From Limisphaerales bacterium (GTDB lineage Bacteria > Verrucomicrobiota > Verrucomicrobiia > Limisphaerales > JBBRWD01), in NCBI GenBank assembly GCA_038249465.1, contig JBBRWD010000007.1, forward strand, positions 17,308 through 81,307: a stretch of 64,000 bases of DNA. The letters run 5' to 3'. This document shows, in pieces, positions 50,713 to 60,786 of this stretch. The notes under the pieces are model-generated. The model had not been told where the DNA came from. It did not search any database and saw only the letters and a program-made list of their open reading frames with translations. The position numbers and the translations under genes are program-made. Within the stretch, counting starts at the first letter, position 1. The number at the start of each line of letters is the position of its first letter.

Positions 50713-51525
50713 TCAAAGCTGCTCGCGCAGCCAGCCGGGACGATTCGTCGTGATGCCATCCACGCCGAGATCGCGCAGGCGCCTTGCGTCCTCCGCCGCG
50801 TCCACCGTCCACACGTACAGCTTCAAGCCAGCGCGCTTGATCTCCTTCGCCGTCGCCGCCTCGATCGGCCCGCGGTACCCAAGGTCGAGTCCGTCAAGCT
50901 GCGCCGCTTTCGCCTGTTCGATGAGGCCCGCGATGGACGGCTGCCACTCGCCGCTCACGCCGCGTTTGAAGTCGGCAATCCAGCAGACTTCCCGGTCGGG
51001 AAACCGTTTCTTGGCGAGCTTCACCACGTCGTACTTGAAGCTGATGATCACGGTCTGCGCAGGTTTGAGCGCCGAGCGTTGCAGCGCCGCAGACAGTTCA
51101 TCGAGGCCTTCCGGCCCGCATTTGATCTCGATGAAAATTCGTTTGCCCGCCGGCACGGTGGCCAGCAAGTCATCGAGCGTCGGGATCTTTTCGCCGCGCC
51201 AGCGCGCTGCTTTCCAGCCTCCGGCTTCGAGCCCCGCAATTTCCGCGAGCGTCGTCTCGCCAATCTTCTTCGCCATCCCGGCGGTGCGCTTGAGCGAGTC
51301 ATCGTGCATCACGATCAGCTTGCCATCCTTGGAAAGATGCACGTCGAGTTCGACGGCGTCGGCGTGCTGCTGCCAGGCAAGACGGGCGGAGGCCACGGTG
51401 TTCTCAGGCGCGTCGAACGAAGCGCCGCGGTGCGCGATGATGTCAACGGCGGAGGCGGGCATGGCAATCAAGCCCGCGCCCAGCACGGTCAGCGCGGCCA
51501 GTGAAAGATTATTCATGAAGAACAT
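50713..51525 (-). CDS. Glycerophosphodiester phosphodiesterase, secreted
   Basis: IAHRGAS..APENT, VELDV, MHD, IEIK, VWTVD, GITTN. Confidence 0.92.
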   Translation of the reverse strand: MFFMNNLSLAALTVLGAGLIAMPASAVDIIAHRGASFDAPENTVASARLAWQQHADAVELDVHLSKDGKLIVMHDDSLKRTAGMAKKIGETTLAEIAGLEAGGWKAARWRGEKIPTLDDLLATVPAGKRIFIEIKCGPEGLDELSAALQRSALKPAQTVIISFKYDVVKLAKKRFPDREVCWIADFKRGVSGEWQPSIAGLIEQAKAAQLDGLDLGYRGPIEAATAKEIKRAGLKLYVWTVDAAEDARRLRDLGVDGITTNRPGWLREQL

Positions 51526-51543
51526 CGAGTTGTGAATCGTTGC

Positions 51544-51664
51544 GAAAGTTTCCGTGCCACGGTCCCAACCCAGAGCGGCAGGGCGCGTCTGTCCCAGCGC
51601 GCCGTCTGGGCCATCGCCAATCGCGGCGCGCTGGGACAGACGCGCCCTGCCTGTGGAGACTTTC
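51544..51664. repeat. REP doublet family D (51577-51651) inside a GAAAGTTTCC...GGAGACTTTC shell
   Basis: Inverted homolog of 19859-19976. Confidence 0.75.
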
Positions 51665-51685
51665 CCGGCGATTGATACTCTTGGT

Positions 51686-54600
51686 TCATTTTGTGCCGAG
51701 GCAAGCTGCGGTTGTCTGCGAAGCGGGCTGGAGCAGCTTCCACACGCGCAACGCCTCGGTCGCCCCCCAGGCCTGCGCGTCGCAGCCGCGCTGCGTGTGC
51801 GGCGCGTCGCCGTCGGTGATCTCCGGCAATTGTCCGATGCATCCTTCGGCCAGCAAGCGGTCGGCGCTGCCCAGATAACTGCGCGCCGCGGCCACGGCGT
51901 CGGGCGAAAAATTCCACGCCTGTGCCAGGGCCTCGCAAAATCCCGGGAAGGTCCACGCCCAGGCCGTGCCGTTGTGATAGGCCGGCTTGCGCTGTGTGTC
52001 CTCATCGCCTTCGTAGCGGCCCCAATACGGCCGGTGGGGATCGTTCAGCAGACGTCCATCCGGCGCACGTACCGGCAACGGCGGCGACACTGGCAGCGGC
52101 GCCAGCGATCGCAGCGCGCCAGGCACGACCAGATGGCGCGCGGCGGCCTCGACATTGCGTCGCGCCCGTTCGCCTTCCACCACGCCGAGGCTGACGGCCA
52201 TGAGGCTGTTGCTTCGCAATGCATCCTGTGCGGCAGCACCGCGCGCGGGTTGACCGCGTGGGGCGACGAGCACATCCGCCAGCCAACCTTTTGTTTCGAG
52301 CCAGAACAATTGATGCACCGACGCGGTCGCTTGTTCCGCGAGCGATTGCCAGGAAACTCCTTCGGCGGGCACCCCGAGCCGTTCGAGCACCCGCAGCAGG
52401 CGAATCCAAAGCACCTGGATTTCGATCGGGTAGCCTTCGCGCGGCGTGCCGGCCGGGAAATTCGTATCCATCCAGGTGAAGTGGCTCGGGCTCCAGATCA
52501 GCGCCGAGACGGGGTCCATGATGATGCCGTTGGGCGTCCCGCGGCGGTAGTGGATGGCAATCGACTTCAGCACCTCGGCCAGGGTGCGTCCGTCGCGGTT
52601 GACCTTGAGATCAAACGACGCATCTCCGGCGCGCGCCGCGAGATCCTCGCAGGCCACGCCGAACCAAAGGGGCGCGTCGCTCGTGTCGCGATTCGAGGCG
52701 TCCTCGCCGTGAATGCTGTTGGGCAGCGTGCCGCTCTGCTCGAAGCCGCCGAAGACGAGCAGCAGCCGGCGAACCTCTTCCTCGAGTCCGGCGGCGAGCA
52801 GGCCGCGAGCGCAGATGAGCGAATCGCGGCCCCAGTCGAGAAACCACGGATAGCCGGCGATGACGGTTTTGCCTTCGCCGCGCCGCGCCACGAAGGCCTG
52901 AACCGCCAGCGCGAGGCGCCGGCCGAAATCGTCATCCGGTGCGAGCGCCGCGCGTGCGACGGCCAGTTCATTGGCCCGCAGCCGATTCTCGATGAAGCCG
53001 GTCGCTTCGGCGCGCGGCGGTTCGGCGGATTCGGCGTTGACCGTGAAAGTTGCCACCGCTCCTTTGGCCAGCGGCAGCTCAAACCATCCCGGGCTGAAGG
53101 CATCGCCCTGAGCCACCTGGCCGCGCGAGCCCTCGACCGGATGCGCGAGGCCGTCGCACCACTCGGGCTGCGGATGATAGATTCCCGCATCGCTCCCGAC
53201 TCGGACCTGGCGATCCGCGGCGGGCGTGAAGGCGAAGCCAGCGTGGTCGGCCAGCGGATGGGTGTTCGATTGGAAATGGAAATCGGCCCCGCCATTGTGC
53301 TGTGTTTCGGAATGGAAGCTGCGATCCTCAAGGTCGAAGCGCACCGTGAGCGACACGCTGCATTGGGGCGGCAACTCATGGCCGAAGGGAACCGCCGTTG
53401 CCGGACGATGGAAACGGAGCACGGTGGTGTTGCGCCCATCGAGCAGATCCGCCGTCAGTTGAATCTCGACCGCGCGGCTGTCGCCTGCGCTGGCCACGAA
53501 GCGCCAGGCCGCGGGCGGTCCGGGCGAGAAGTCCACCAGGTTTTCCAGATGCAGCGGCGTGATGAATCCATCGGCGTTCACCCAGACGCGCACGCGCTTG
53601 ACGAAGACATGCCGGTCCACCGGCACGTCGGGATGGAGATTCGCCCCAAGCAGGCAATCGTATTTCGAACGAATCGCGCCGAGATCGACGCCGAGCCGCG
53701 CCATGCCGCCGCGTCCGTTGGTGAGCAGCACGAGCGATCCGGGAGCGCGAAAATCCGGCTCGACCTTGGGCACCGCGCCGAGAAATCGCAGCGGCGCGCG
53801 CAGGCGCGGGTCCGGCTGCGTGTAACGCTCCAGTTCGATTTCCGCGTCGCCCACCGGCTGGCCGGGCGCAAAGCAGGCGTAGTGCCGGCCGCCGGCTTCG
53901 ATCGAAGCCTCATGCTGTGGTCGCAGGCCGCGCGCGCGCAAGACTGCCCGGAAAGGCGCGTCGTCGTCGATCAGCAGCCAGTGATCGTGGGGCACCAGCG
54001 TGACGCGGTGGCGCGACGGCAGGCACCACGAGATCACCTGCGGAAAACCTCCCGGGACCAGGGTGGTTTCGAGCGCGGTGATGAGATCGCTCCGGACCTG
54101 CGCCGGGTCGAGCGCAGTGAGAGCCCCGAGGAATTCCCGCGGGCTGCGCGCCACGAGCGCCGAGAGTTTTCGCCAGTCGAAGGCGCTGATGTCCTGGCCG
54201 GCAAAGTGCCGGCTCACCACGGTGATGCCCCAGGCGGATTGCGCGCGGGCGCAGCGATAGCGATCGCCGTCCAGGCCGCGCGGCCCGGCCGTGGCGCCCA
54301 GGCAGAAAGCTGCGCCGGCTTCCAAGCGGAAGACCACTTTGTCGGCGGTCTCGGCCTCGATGACGGGCGGATTCTGGCCGAGAAGATCGAGGCTGGGTTC
54401 GCCAAGCTGCCGGAAGATTTTGCGGCTGAGCGCCAGCGTGTGCGTCTGCCGCGTGTCGGGGTTCACCAGCACGAGCACGCAGTCGAGTCCTTCCTGCGAT
54501 TCGCGGCCGAGCGCATAGATTTGATCCTCGGCGGCACTTAACCGGGTGAGCCGTGCGCCGTCGAAGAAGCACGGATGCTGATCGAGCAGTTCATTCAGGC

Positions 54601-56047
54601 GCGCGAGTTCTGGAAGAATGTTGTCGCTCCGGCCCCACGCGAGGCCACGGCTTTGATGGACCTGCAACCTCTCGGGCGCCAGCCATTCGACGCCGCAGGT
54701 GAAGCCGAAGCCGCCGCTGACGCTGGTGAGGGCGCAGAGGCGGTTGCGCAGGAGCGACCATTGCCGTCCGAGGCGCGCCAGCCGTTCATTGTCGTGCGTC
54801 TCGCTGTAGTGAACGTAAAGGCCGACGCGCGTGCTCTGGCGCAGCGCGTAATCGAGGTAGTCGGCGATTTCGTGCCGCGAGTAATTCTGGAACAACTCGG
54901 AGTAGGCCCACTGCATGCCGCCCTCGGTGAGCAGGTTTTCCGTGGCTTCCCACGAGCCACCGAGACCTTCGAGGAGGAAGATGGTGTCGGGAAATTCCGT
55001 GTGGACGCGCGCGGTGATGTAACGCCACGCGGGCACGGGAATCTTGTAGCCGGCGTCGCAACGGAAGCCATCCACGCCGCGCCGGCACCATTCGAGGAAT
55101 ACTTCGGCGAGATGTTCCCAGAGGGCGCGATTGGAGTGGTCGAGCTCGACCAGATCCTCCCACGTTGTGCCCCAGGCGCCGGGGCTGACGAATTCCCCAT
55201 CCGCGCGACGGACGAACCAGCCCGGATGATTCTCCTGGAGCGTCGAGCCCCAGCCGGTGTGATTGGCCACCACATCGAGGAAGACCCGGCCGCCGCGGAG
55301 GTGCGTCTCGTAGGTGAGCTCGCGGAACTGATCGACGCCGGTGGTGCGCTTGTCGAATTCAACCAGCGCCGGATCGATCGCCAGAAAATCCTGACAGGCA
55401 TACGGGCTGCCAAAGCGGCCGAAGCGCGCATTGGTGGTGGGCGTGGGATTGACCGGCAGCAGGTGCAGAATGCGGCAGCCCAGCGTGTCGATGATGTGCG
55501 GCAGCGCGCGCGCCAGATCACGCAGCTTGCCCGAGGCGGGGATGACCGTGAAACCGTCGCGGTCGAGCGAGGTCAGGACGTGTTCGAGTTCCTCGTTGAC
55601 GGTGGAAGCCAGCGGCGCCGTGGGACCGAACATGCGGGGGAACGCGCAGTAAATTGTGTTCGCGGTGCGATACGCGTCGGGCTGCACGCTCACGCCGAAA
55701 TCGGGGCCGGGGGGCCAGTGCTGCCGGCCGGCGGGATCAATCGCGTAGGCTTTGGCGCGGAAGAAGCCGACCTCGGTCAGCGCCAGCGACACACCCCAAG
55801 CGTTGTCGCCAGCGGTAGCCAGAGTCAGATCGCGCCAGGAAGGTTGCGAGAGGCGAAGCTGGCCGGTGTGGGCGTGGATGATCTCGCGGCGCAGCATGGC
55901 GCCGCGGCCGAGATTGGTGCGCAGCCGCGCCTGCCATCCAGCGGGCAGGGAGCGGCCATCAGCGAAGCGCAGCGAGAAGGAGACTTGATCACCGACGAAC
56001 CGGATCAGCCGTTCTCCCACCGCCGGAGCCATGACGAGGTTTTCCAT
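51686..56047 (-). CDS. Large glycogen-debranching enzyme: GH13 alpha-amylase domain plus GDE_N and amylo-alpha-1,6-glucosidase (GDE_C)
   Basis: DVVANH, DGFRCDAG, THD; 'LTNGRGG'; IAGYPWFLDWGRD, TWMD, AYHNGTAWAW, QAW. Confidence 0.88.
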   Translation of the reverse strand: MENLVMAPAVGERLIRFVGDQVSFSLRFADGRSLPAGWQARLRTNLGRGAMLRREIIHAHTGQLRLSQPSWRDLTLATAGDNAWGVSLALTEVGFFRAKAYAIDPAGRQHWPPGPDFGVSVQPDAYRTANTIYCAFPRMFGPTAPLASTVNEELEHVLTSLDRDGFTVIPASGKLRDLARALPHIIDTLGCRILHLLPVNPTPTTNARFGRFGSPYACQDFLAIDPALVEFDKRTTGVDQFRELTYETHLRGGRVFLDVVANHTGWGSTLQENHPGWFVRRADGEFVSPGAWGTTWEDLVELDHSNRALWEHLAEVFLEWCRRGVDGFRCDAGYKIPVPAWRYITARVHTEFPDTIFLLEGLGGSWEATENLLTEGGMQWAYSELFQNYSRHEIADYLDYALRQSTRVGLYVHYSETHDNERLARLGRQWSLLRNRLCALTSVSGGFGFTCGVEWLAPERLQVHQSRGLAWGRSDNILPELARLNELLDQHPCFFDGARLTRLSAAEDQIYALGRESQEGLDCVLVLVNPDTRQTHTLALSRKIFRQLGEPSLDLLGQNPPVIEAETADKVVFRLEAGAAFCLGATAGPRGLDGDRYRCARAQSAWGITVVSRHFAGQDISAFDWRKLSALVARSPREFLGALTALDPAQVRSDLITALETTLVPGGFPQVISWCLPSRHRVTLVPHDHWLLIDDDAPFRAVLRARGLRPQHEASIEAGGRHYACFAPGQPVGDAEIELERYTQPDPRLRAPLRFLGAVPKVEPDFRAPGSLVLLTNGRGGMARLGVDLGAIRSKYDCLLGANLHPDVPVDRHVFVKRVRVWVNADGFITPLHLENLVDFSPGPPAAWRFVASAGDSRAVEIQLTADLLDGRNTTVLRFHRPATAVPFGHELPPQCSVSLTVRFDLEDRSFHSETQHNGGADFHFQSNTHPLADHAGFAFTPAADRQVRVGSDAGIYHPQPEWCDGLAHPVEGSRGQVAQGDAFSPGWFELPLAKGAVATFTVNAESAEPPRAEATGFIENRLRANELAVARAALAPDDDFGRRLALAVQAFVARRGEGKTVIAGYPWFLDWGRDSLICARGLLAAGLEEEVRRLLLVFGGFEQSGTLPNSIHGEDASNRDTSDAPLWFGVACEDLAARAGDASFDLKVNRDGRTLAEVLKSIAIHYRRGTPNGIIMDPVSALIWSPSHFTWMDTNFPAGTPREGYPIEIQVLWIRLLRVLERLGVPAEGVSWQSLAEQATASVHQLFWLETKGWLADVLVAPRGQPARGAAAQDALRSNSLMAVSLGVVEGERARRNVEAAARHLVVPGALRSLAPLPVSPPLPVRAPDGRLLNDPHRPYWGRYEGDEDTQRKPAYHNGTAWAWTFPGFCEALAQAWNFSPDAVAAARSYLGSADRLLAEGCIGQLPEITDGDAPHTQRGCDAQAWGATEALRVWKLLQPASQTTAACLGTK

Positions 56048-56124
56048 GCGAGTACGCGTCGGACGTTTGGGAGGATGCGGAGTGCGGGCAGCGGACGGCA
56101 ATCTCAAATCTGAGACTCCAAATT

Positions 56125-56634
56125 TCAGGCAGGCGGAACCGGCGGGATGCCGGCGGCCGCGTTGATGCGGGATCTCACCTGGTTGAGCAGACCCTGATAG
56201 TATTCCGCGCTTTTGCGCGAGACCAGTTTCTCCTCCCCCATGGCGAGATCTCCCCGGCCATCGACTCGATAGACTTTGCAGGAGAGCCGGAACACCCCCA
56301 ACTCATAGGCCACGACCGCAATCCGGGCGCGGATCCAGATGCTTTCAAACCAGCCGCCGTAGGCCAGCGTGTCCCACTTTGTGCCCTCGCGCTCAAACAC
56401 CAATTCGCCGCCGGCGGAGGTCTTCAGCATGAAACCACTTTCGCGGAAGACATTGAAGGTGACCTCGGAGATGGCGGCACGCGTCGAGTTCGTGATGAAG
56501 ACCGAGGCGAGCGAGCCATCATCCGGGGTGCCCGGCGCGACTTGGGGGGATTTGCAGGCTGAGAACAAGAATGCCGCCGTAAGCGTGAGGAAGAGGGCGG
56601 AAAAAAGCCGGCGCAGCGCGATGTGCAAATTCAT
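56125..56634 (-). CDS. Hypothetical lipoprotein
   Basis: LFSAC lipobox. Confidence 0.6.
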   Translation of the reverse strand: MNLHIALRRLFSALFLTLTAAFLFSACKSPQVAPGTPDDGSLASVFITNSTRAAISEVTFNVFRESGFMLKTSAGGELVFEREGTKWDTLAYGGWFESIWIRARIAVVAYELGVFRLSCKVYRVDGRGDLAMGEEKLVSRKSAEYYQGLLNQVRSRINAAAGIPPVPPA

Positions 56635-56730
56635 GGGCGGACACTACGCGGACGATTCGCGCCGGGCAACGAGGGTTTGCGTGAACCAGCGAAGGTTTCC
56701 CGAAGGATCGCCGTCCGCACGCTTCCTGGC

Positions 56731-57087
56731 CTACGGCGCCGGCGCCATCTTGATCTGCCCGGTGGTGGCGTCGTAGGTGAGTTTAAGACCCTGCGGCGCG
56801 ACCGGCAGCTTCGGCAGGTAGCCTTTCTCGACGAGTTCGTTGAGGTGCTTGGGCAGGCGTTCCTCGGCGGCCTCAAACATCTTGATGGCTTGCGCGACGT
56901 TGGCGAGATCCAGGTTCTTGCTGACGGTGGTCCCGGCCTTGCCGACGGCGCCCAAGTAGTCCACGGGCGCCGTGAGCGGATTGCCGCTGGAGGTTCCTGC
57001 TGCCGGTTTCTTGGGGTCCTCCTTTTTACCGCAGCCCGCGCCAACCGCAAGCGCGGCCAACACGAGGAGTGCAACCGGGAATTTCAT
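56731..57087 (-). CDS. Hypothetical lipoprotein (pseudopilin/GspG-like C-terminus)
   Basis: MKFPVALLVLAALAVGAGC; 'P..L.ELV..GYL..LP..P.G....YD...G'. Confidence 0.6.
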   Translation of the reverse strand: MKFPVALLVLAALAVGAGCGKKEDPKKPAAGTSSGNPLTAPVDYLGAVGKAGTTVSKNLDLANVAQAIKMFEAAEERLPKHLNELVEKGYLPKLPVAPQGLKLTYDATTGQIKMAPAP

Positions 57088-57171
57088 GGGCAAGGGGAAA
57101 TATTTGATCGCAAAAGCAAACACGGGCGCCAGGAGGAATCCCGGCGCCCGAGCTTGAGAGAGTTTTCCAGC

Positions 57172-57303
57172 TTACTTCGCCGGAGCCGGGGCCGGGGTGG
57201 CGTTGGTGCTGGGGGCGGTCGGAGGTGTCGGCTGGGTGCCGGAATCACAACCGGCGAACACGAACGCGGTGACAGCGAGGAGCAGGATGGACAGTAGTTT
57301 CAT
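57172..57303 (-). CDS. 43-aa lipoprotein (MKLLSILLLAVTAFVFAGCDSGTQPTPPTAPSTNATPAPAPAK)
   Basis: Manual translation; FAGC lipobox; below the ORF-track size cutoff. Confidence 0.7.
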   Translation of the reverse strand: MKLLSILLLAVTAFVFAGCDSGTQPTPPTAPSTNATPAPAPAK

Positions 57304-57419
57304 AGTGGATTGGAGTAGTTTTTTTCTCTCAGACCGAAAGCACTTCGGCCCGTCGGAAAGGAGTCATATCCGACGCTTCGGCAACATGCCAAGGAGAATC
57401 TGGACTCGAACCATTGCCC

Positions 57420-57578
57420 GGGCGCGTCCACGCACTGCCCCCGGCGCGCGGCCTTGAGGCCGCTTCAGCGTGCGATGGGTGTTGGGGAAACATTGGCGGA
57501 CGGTCTCTCGAACGATGAAGCGACGTAAACGTCGCGCTCCAACCCGGTTGCCTTCGGAGGCAGTGTCGAGATGCGCCC
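57420..57578. mobile_element. MITE-like 159-bp element, copy 2 (inverted relative to copy 1)
   Basis: Near-identical to 12462-12620; flanking direct repeat CCATTGCCCGGGCGCGTC at 57411 and 57579. Confidence 0.8.
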
Positions 57579-57631
57579 CCATTGCCCGGGCGCGTCGGTA
57601 AACGGGTGGATCTGGACCGCGGTGCGGGGGG

Positions 57632-57949
57632 TTACCGCCGGCGCACGCCGAGCCGTTCCCGCGCGGCTTCGCTCATCATGTCCGGGCTCCAGGGCGGATC
57701 CCAGACGATGTCCACCTGAACGTCCGCCACCCCGGACACTTCGAGCAATGCCTTGCTCACGCCCCAGGCGATGCTCTCGTGCATCGGACAGCCGGGCGTG
57801 GTCAGCGTCATCACCACGGTCACGATGCCGCCCTCCGCGCGCACGTCATACACCAGGCCGAGATCGACGATGTTGCAGCCCAGTTCCGGGTCATCGACCT
57901 GACGAAGGGTTTCCCACAGGGGTTGGTTTTCGAGAGCGGGTGCGTTCAT
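57632..57949 (-). CDS. Metal-sulfur cluster assembly factor (SufT/PaaD, DUF59)
   Basis: V.DPELG.NIVDLGLVY, TLTTPGCP, VWDPPW. Confidence 0.9.
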   Translation of the reverse strand: MNAPALENQPLWETLRQVDDPELGCNIVDLGLVYDVRAEGGIVTVVMTLTTPGCPMHESIAWGVSKALLEVSGVADVQVDIVWDPPWSPDMMSEAARERLGVRRR

Positions 57950-59367
57950 GCGGATGGCTTTGGATGGGGTTTGAGCACGAGCGGTTGCAGGCAAGGCCGG
58001 AAGAGATGGCTGAGAATCTTCGCCATGTTCGCGGCGAACAGCAGGAGGCTCGCTGCGAGGAGAACCGCGCCGGCCAGGCACATCTTTTCATTCATCATCA
58101 CGATGCCGGCACCCGTCACGATCAGGGCGGCGAGATAACTGCCGAAGCTGGCCACCTGCAGGCGCGCCGAGTAGAGATCCGCCAGCGAGGGCACCTTGCA
58201 CCGGCCAATCTGCCGGCTGTACACCGCGTACCAGACAAGAAAGGGCATGATTTTGAAAAGCATGCCGAGGATGGCGAGCGTCACCACGCCGAGCAGCGCG
58301 AGGAAGCCGTAGAGATTCTCCATCTGCCCGGTGAAGTCGGTCAGCGCCACTCCGGGCCACGACAGGAACAGGCCGAGGCCCGCCACCGGCGCGAGCAGCG
58401 AGAGCGCGAGGAGAAAGGCTTTGATGCCCCAATCGAGTTCGCGGCGCAGCCGGGCCTGGAGAATCGCGCGCATTTCCCATCCGTACACCACCAGACCGCC
58501 GGTCACCACGGCCGCGAAGACGGGCTTCAGCGCGCTTTGCAGCAGCACCGTGACGAAGAGTCCGGCGAGTCCGGCATTGAGCAGTCCGATGGACCAGGCC
58601 GCGCGCCTCGTGCTTTGCACGTCGCTGAGGGTGAACATCGGGACCAGCTTGTAGGAGACGCCCACGATCATCATCAGGAAGAAGCCGATGAACGCTGCGT
58701 GCGCGTGCGCGTGCATTTGCGCCATCGGCTGGAACGGGCTGAAGCTCCAGCATTTCGCCGCGGTCAGATACAGGCCGGCCAGCATGGCGAAGGAGATCCA
58801 GAACAGCGCCGAGGCGATGGCCCAGGCGATGACATTCCAGCGCGGAATCCGCTTCAGCGTGCGCGCGATGTTATAGACGAACAGCCCGATGCCCAGTCCA
58901 GCCAGGGAGCCCCAATGACCGACCTGTTTCATGTCGAAAATCCAGAACGTCCAGACCATCCCGGCCACGCCGAGCGCGTGCATGACGAACTGCCACCGGC
59001 CCAGCCGTTCGCTGAAGAGCCGGGCTTCCAGCGCCACCGGGACGAGCTGATACATCGCGCCCATCACGATGGACGCAATGAAGCCGAGCGTGAAGATGTG
59101 GGTGATGGCGAGGATCTGCGATCCGTAATGGTAATTGGCCAGCACGTCCGGCCGCGCCACGAGAAAGCCGGCGCCGGTGAAGAGCGAGAGCAGGCCGAAG
59201 ATCATGAAACGCATCGGCAGCGCGATGGACGGCGCGTTCTGGCTCGCCGGTCCACTCACGGAACTGGCGGCGCGCAGCATCGGCGCGGAAGCTGGCGCTG
59301 GCATCGGTCCCGGTGGCGTGGTACTGGCAGGCGTGTTGAAGGAACGGCTGGCGGCAAAGGCGCTCAT
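57946..59367 (-). CDS. Polytopic membrane protein, heme-copper oxidase subunit I/NnrS-like fold
   Basis: About 12 TM; 'THIFTLGF...MGAMYQL.PV' and 'HAH....GF....I.G..Y.L.PMF'. Confidence 0.7.
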   Translation of the reverse strand: MSAFAASRSFNTPASTTPPGPMPAPASAPMLRAASSVSGPASQNAPSIALPMRFMIFGLLSLFTGAGFLVARPDVLANYHYGSQILAITHIFTLGFIASIVMGAMYQLVPVALEARLFSERLGRWQFVMHALGVAGMVWTFWIFDMKQVGHWGSLAGLGIGLFVYNIARTLKRIPRWNVIAWAIASALFWISFAMLAGLYLTAAKCWSFSPFQPMAQMHAHAHAAFIGFFLMMIVGVSYKLVPMFTLSDVQSTRRAAWSIGLLNAGLAGLFVTVLLQSALKPVFAAVVTGGLVVYGWEMRAILQARLRRELDWGIKAFLLALSLLAPVAGLGLFLSWPGVALTDFTGQMENLYGFLALLGVVTLAILGMLFKIMPFLVWYAVYSRQIGRCKVPSLADLYSARLQVASFGSYLAALIVTGAGIVMMNEKMCLAGAVLLAASLLLFAANMAKILSHLFRPCLQPLVLKPHPKPSA

Positions 59368-59389
59368 GGCGAAGGGGGTCAGAGGGGCG

Positions 59390-59614
59390 TCACTTGCGGC
59401 GGATGACGGTGATGAAGCTGCCGCCAGGCTGTTCCTCACTGGCGCCTGTGAAACCACGTTCCTCAAGAAATCCGTAGAGGTGCATCGGGCGGCGGTCCGT
59501 TTGCGCGCGCAGTTCGGCGCCGTCGGGCAGCGTGGCGAGGGCTTCGAGAATCCGCACGAGCGGCTGCGGGGGCTCCAGACCGCGCGCATCAACCGCAATC
59601 ACATTGTCACTCAT
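59390..59614 (-). CDS. DUF2249 domain protein (SirA/TusA-like fold)
   Basis: VDARGLEPPQPL..IL...DRRP..L...L..RGF. Confidence 0.85.
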   Translation of the reverse strand: MSDNVIAVDARGLEPPQPLVRILEALATLPDGAELRAQTDRRPMHLYGFLEERGFTGASEEQPGGSFITVIRRK

Positions 59615-59685
59615 AGCGGCAGAACCGTAGCCGCTCGCGCCCGTCGGCGCTTTGATACGCATCAACGAACGCAGCGGTGCTCCGT

Positions 59686-60717
59686 TTACTGCGGGACCGC
59701 CCTGTCGGCTGGCTCGACCTTGTTCTCCAACTCCTTCACGCGGCGGATCAGTTCGGGCAGCCGTTCCAACGCAATGTAGATGCGTTTCGTTTCACGATCC
59801 CGACGTGCCGGAGCGCCGAGCCATTTTTCGCCATCAGGGATGTCCGTCATCACGCCGGACTGTGCGGATATGGTGACATGGTTGCCAATCTTGAGATGTC
59901 CGGCCAGGCCGACCTGTCCCGCCAGCGTCACGTGATCACCCAGCTTCGTGCTGCCGGCGATGCCCGTCTGCGAGATGATGATGCAATGCTCTCCAATGAC
60001 GACGTTGTGCCCGATCTGCACCAGATTGTCGATCTTGGTGTCCCGCCCGATGACGGTGCTGCCGAGCGCGCCGCGATCGATCGTGGTGTTGGCTCCGATC
60101 TCGACGTCGTCGTGGAGAACAACATTGCCCACCTGGCTCACCTTGACCTGCTGGCCTTGATCCAACACGTAGCCGAAGCCATCGGAGCCGATGACCGCAC
60201 CGGCATGAATGCGCACGCGCCGGCCGATGCTGGTCCGCGGATAAATGGTGACGCGTGGATAAACGCGCGTGTCCTCGCCGAGGCATGCGTCGTCGCCCAC
60301 GTAGGCGAGTGCTTGCAATACCACACGCGGCCCGAGGTGGACGCGTTCGCCGACCACGCAACCCGGGCCAATGTGCACCGTGGAATCCACCTGCGCCGAC
60401 GCCGCCACCACGGCCGTGGGATGCACGCCCGGCGCGAAGACCGGTTCCGGAAAGAACAGCGGCAGCACCCGGGCGAAGGCTGCGCGCGGATTGGCCACGC
60501 GGATGAGCGTCTTGCTTCCATGGGTCACATCCTTCGGCACCAGGATGGCGCTGGCGGCGCTTTGCTCGGCGCGGGCGAGGTAAGTCTCATTCTCGGCAAA
60601 GGTGAGGTCGCCGGCCTTGGCGAGATTCGCCGCGGCGAATCCGGTCAGAGCGACGGAGCCGTCGCCGGCAATCTCCCCGCCCAGTTGACGGGCAATTTCA
60701 GCAGCAGTGAAAGGCAT
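59686..60717 (-). CDS. lpxD: UDP-3-O-acyl-glucosamine N-acyltransferase LpxD
   Basis: Hexapeptide repeats, IGSDGFGY, VEIGANTTIDRG, KIDNLVQIGHN. Confidence 0.96.
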   Translation of the reverse strand: MPFTAAEIARQLGGEIAGDGSVALTGFAAANLAKAGDLTFAENETYLARAEQSAASAILVPKDVTHGSKTLIRVANPRAAFARVLPLFFPEPVFAPGVHPTAVVAASAQVDSTVHIGPGCVVGERVHLGPRVVLQALAYVGDDACLGEDTRVYPRVTIYPRTSIGRRVRIHAGAVIGSDGFGYVLDQGQQVKVSQVGNVVLHDDVEIGANTTIDRGALGSTVIGRDTKIDNLVQIGHNVVIGEHCIIISQTGIAGSTKLGDHVTLAGQVGLAGHLKIGNHVTISAQSGVMTDIPDGEKWLGAPARRDRETKRIYIALERLPELIRRVKELENKVEPADRAVPQ

Positions 60718-60786
60718 GACGTGGCAAATAGGTTTGAGATCTGAGATTCCAGCGGAGCGGCGGGAAGACCTTCGCCGGTGTCCGGT

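Noticed and set aside
51554-54541. 995-aa plus-strand ORF and similar long Arg/Ala-rich alternative ORFs (e.g. 16110-17675, 32035-33720, 57571-59406)
   Set aside because: They overlap well-supported genes and have no motifs; they result from stop-codon scarcity at high GC.
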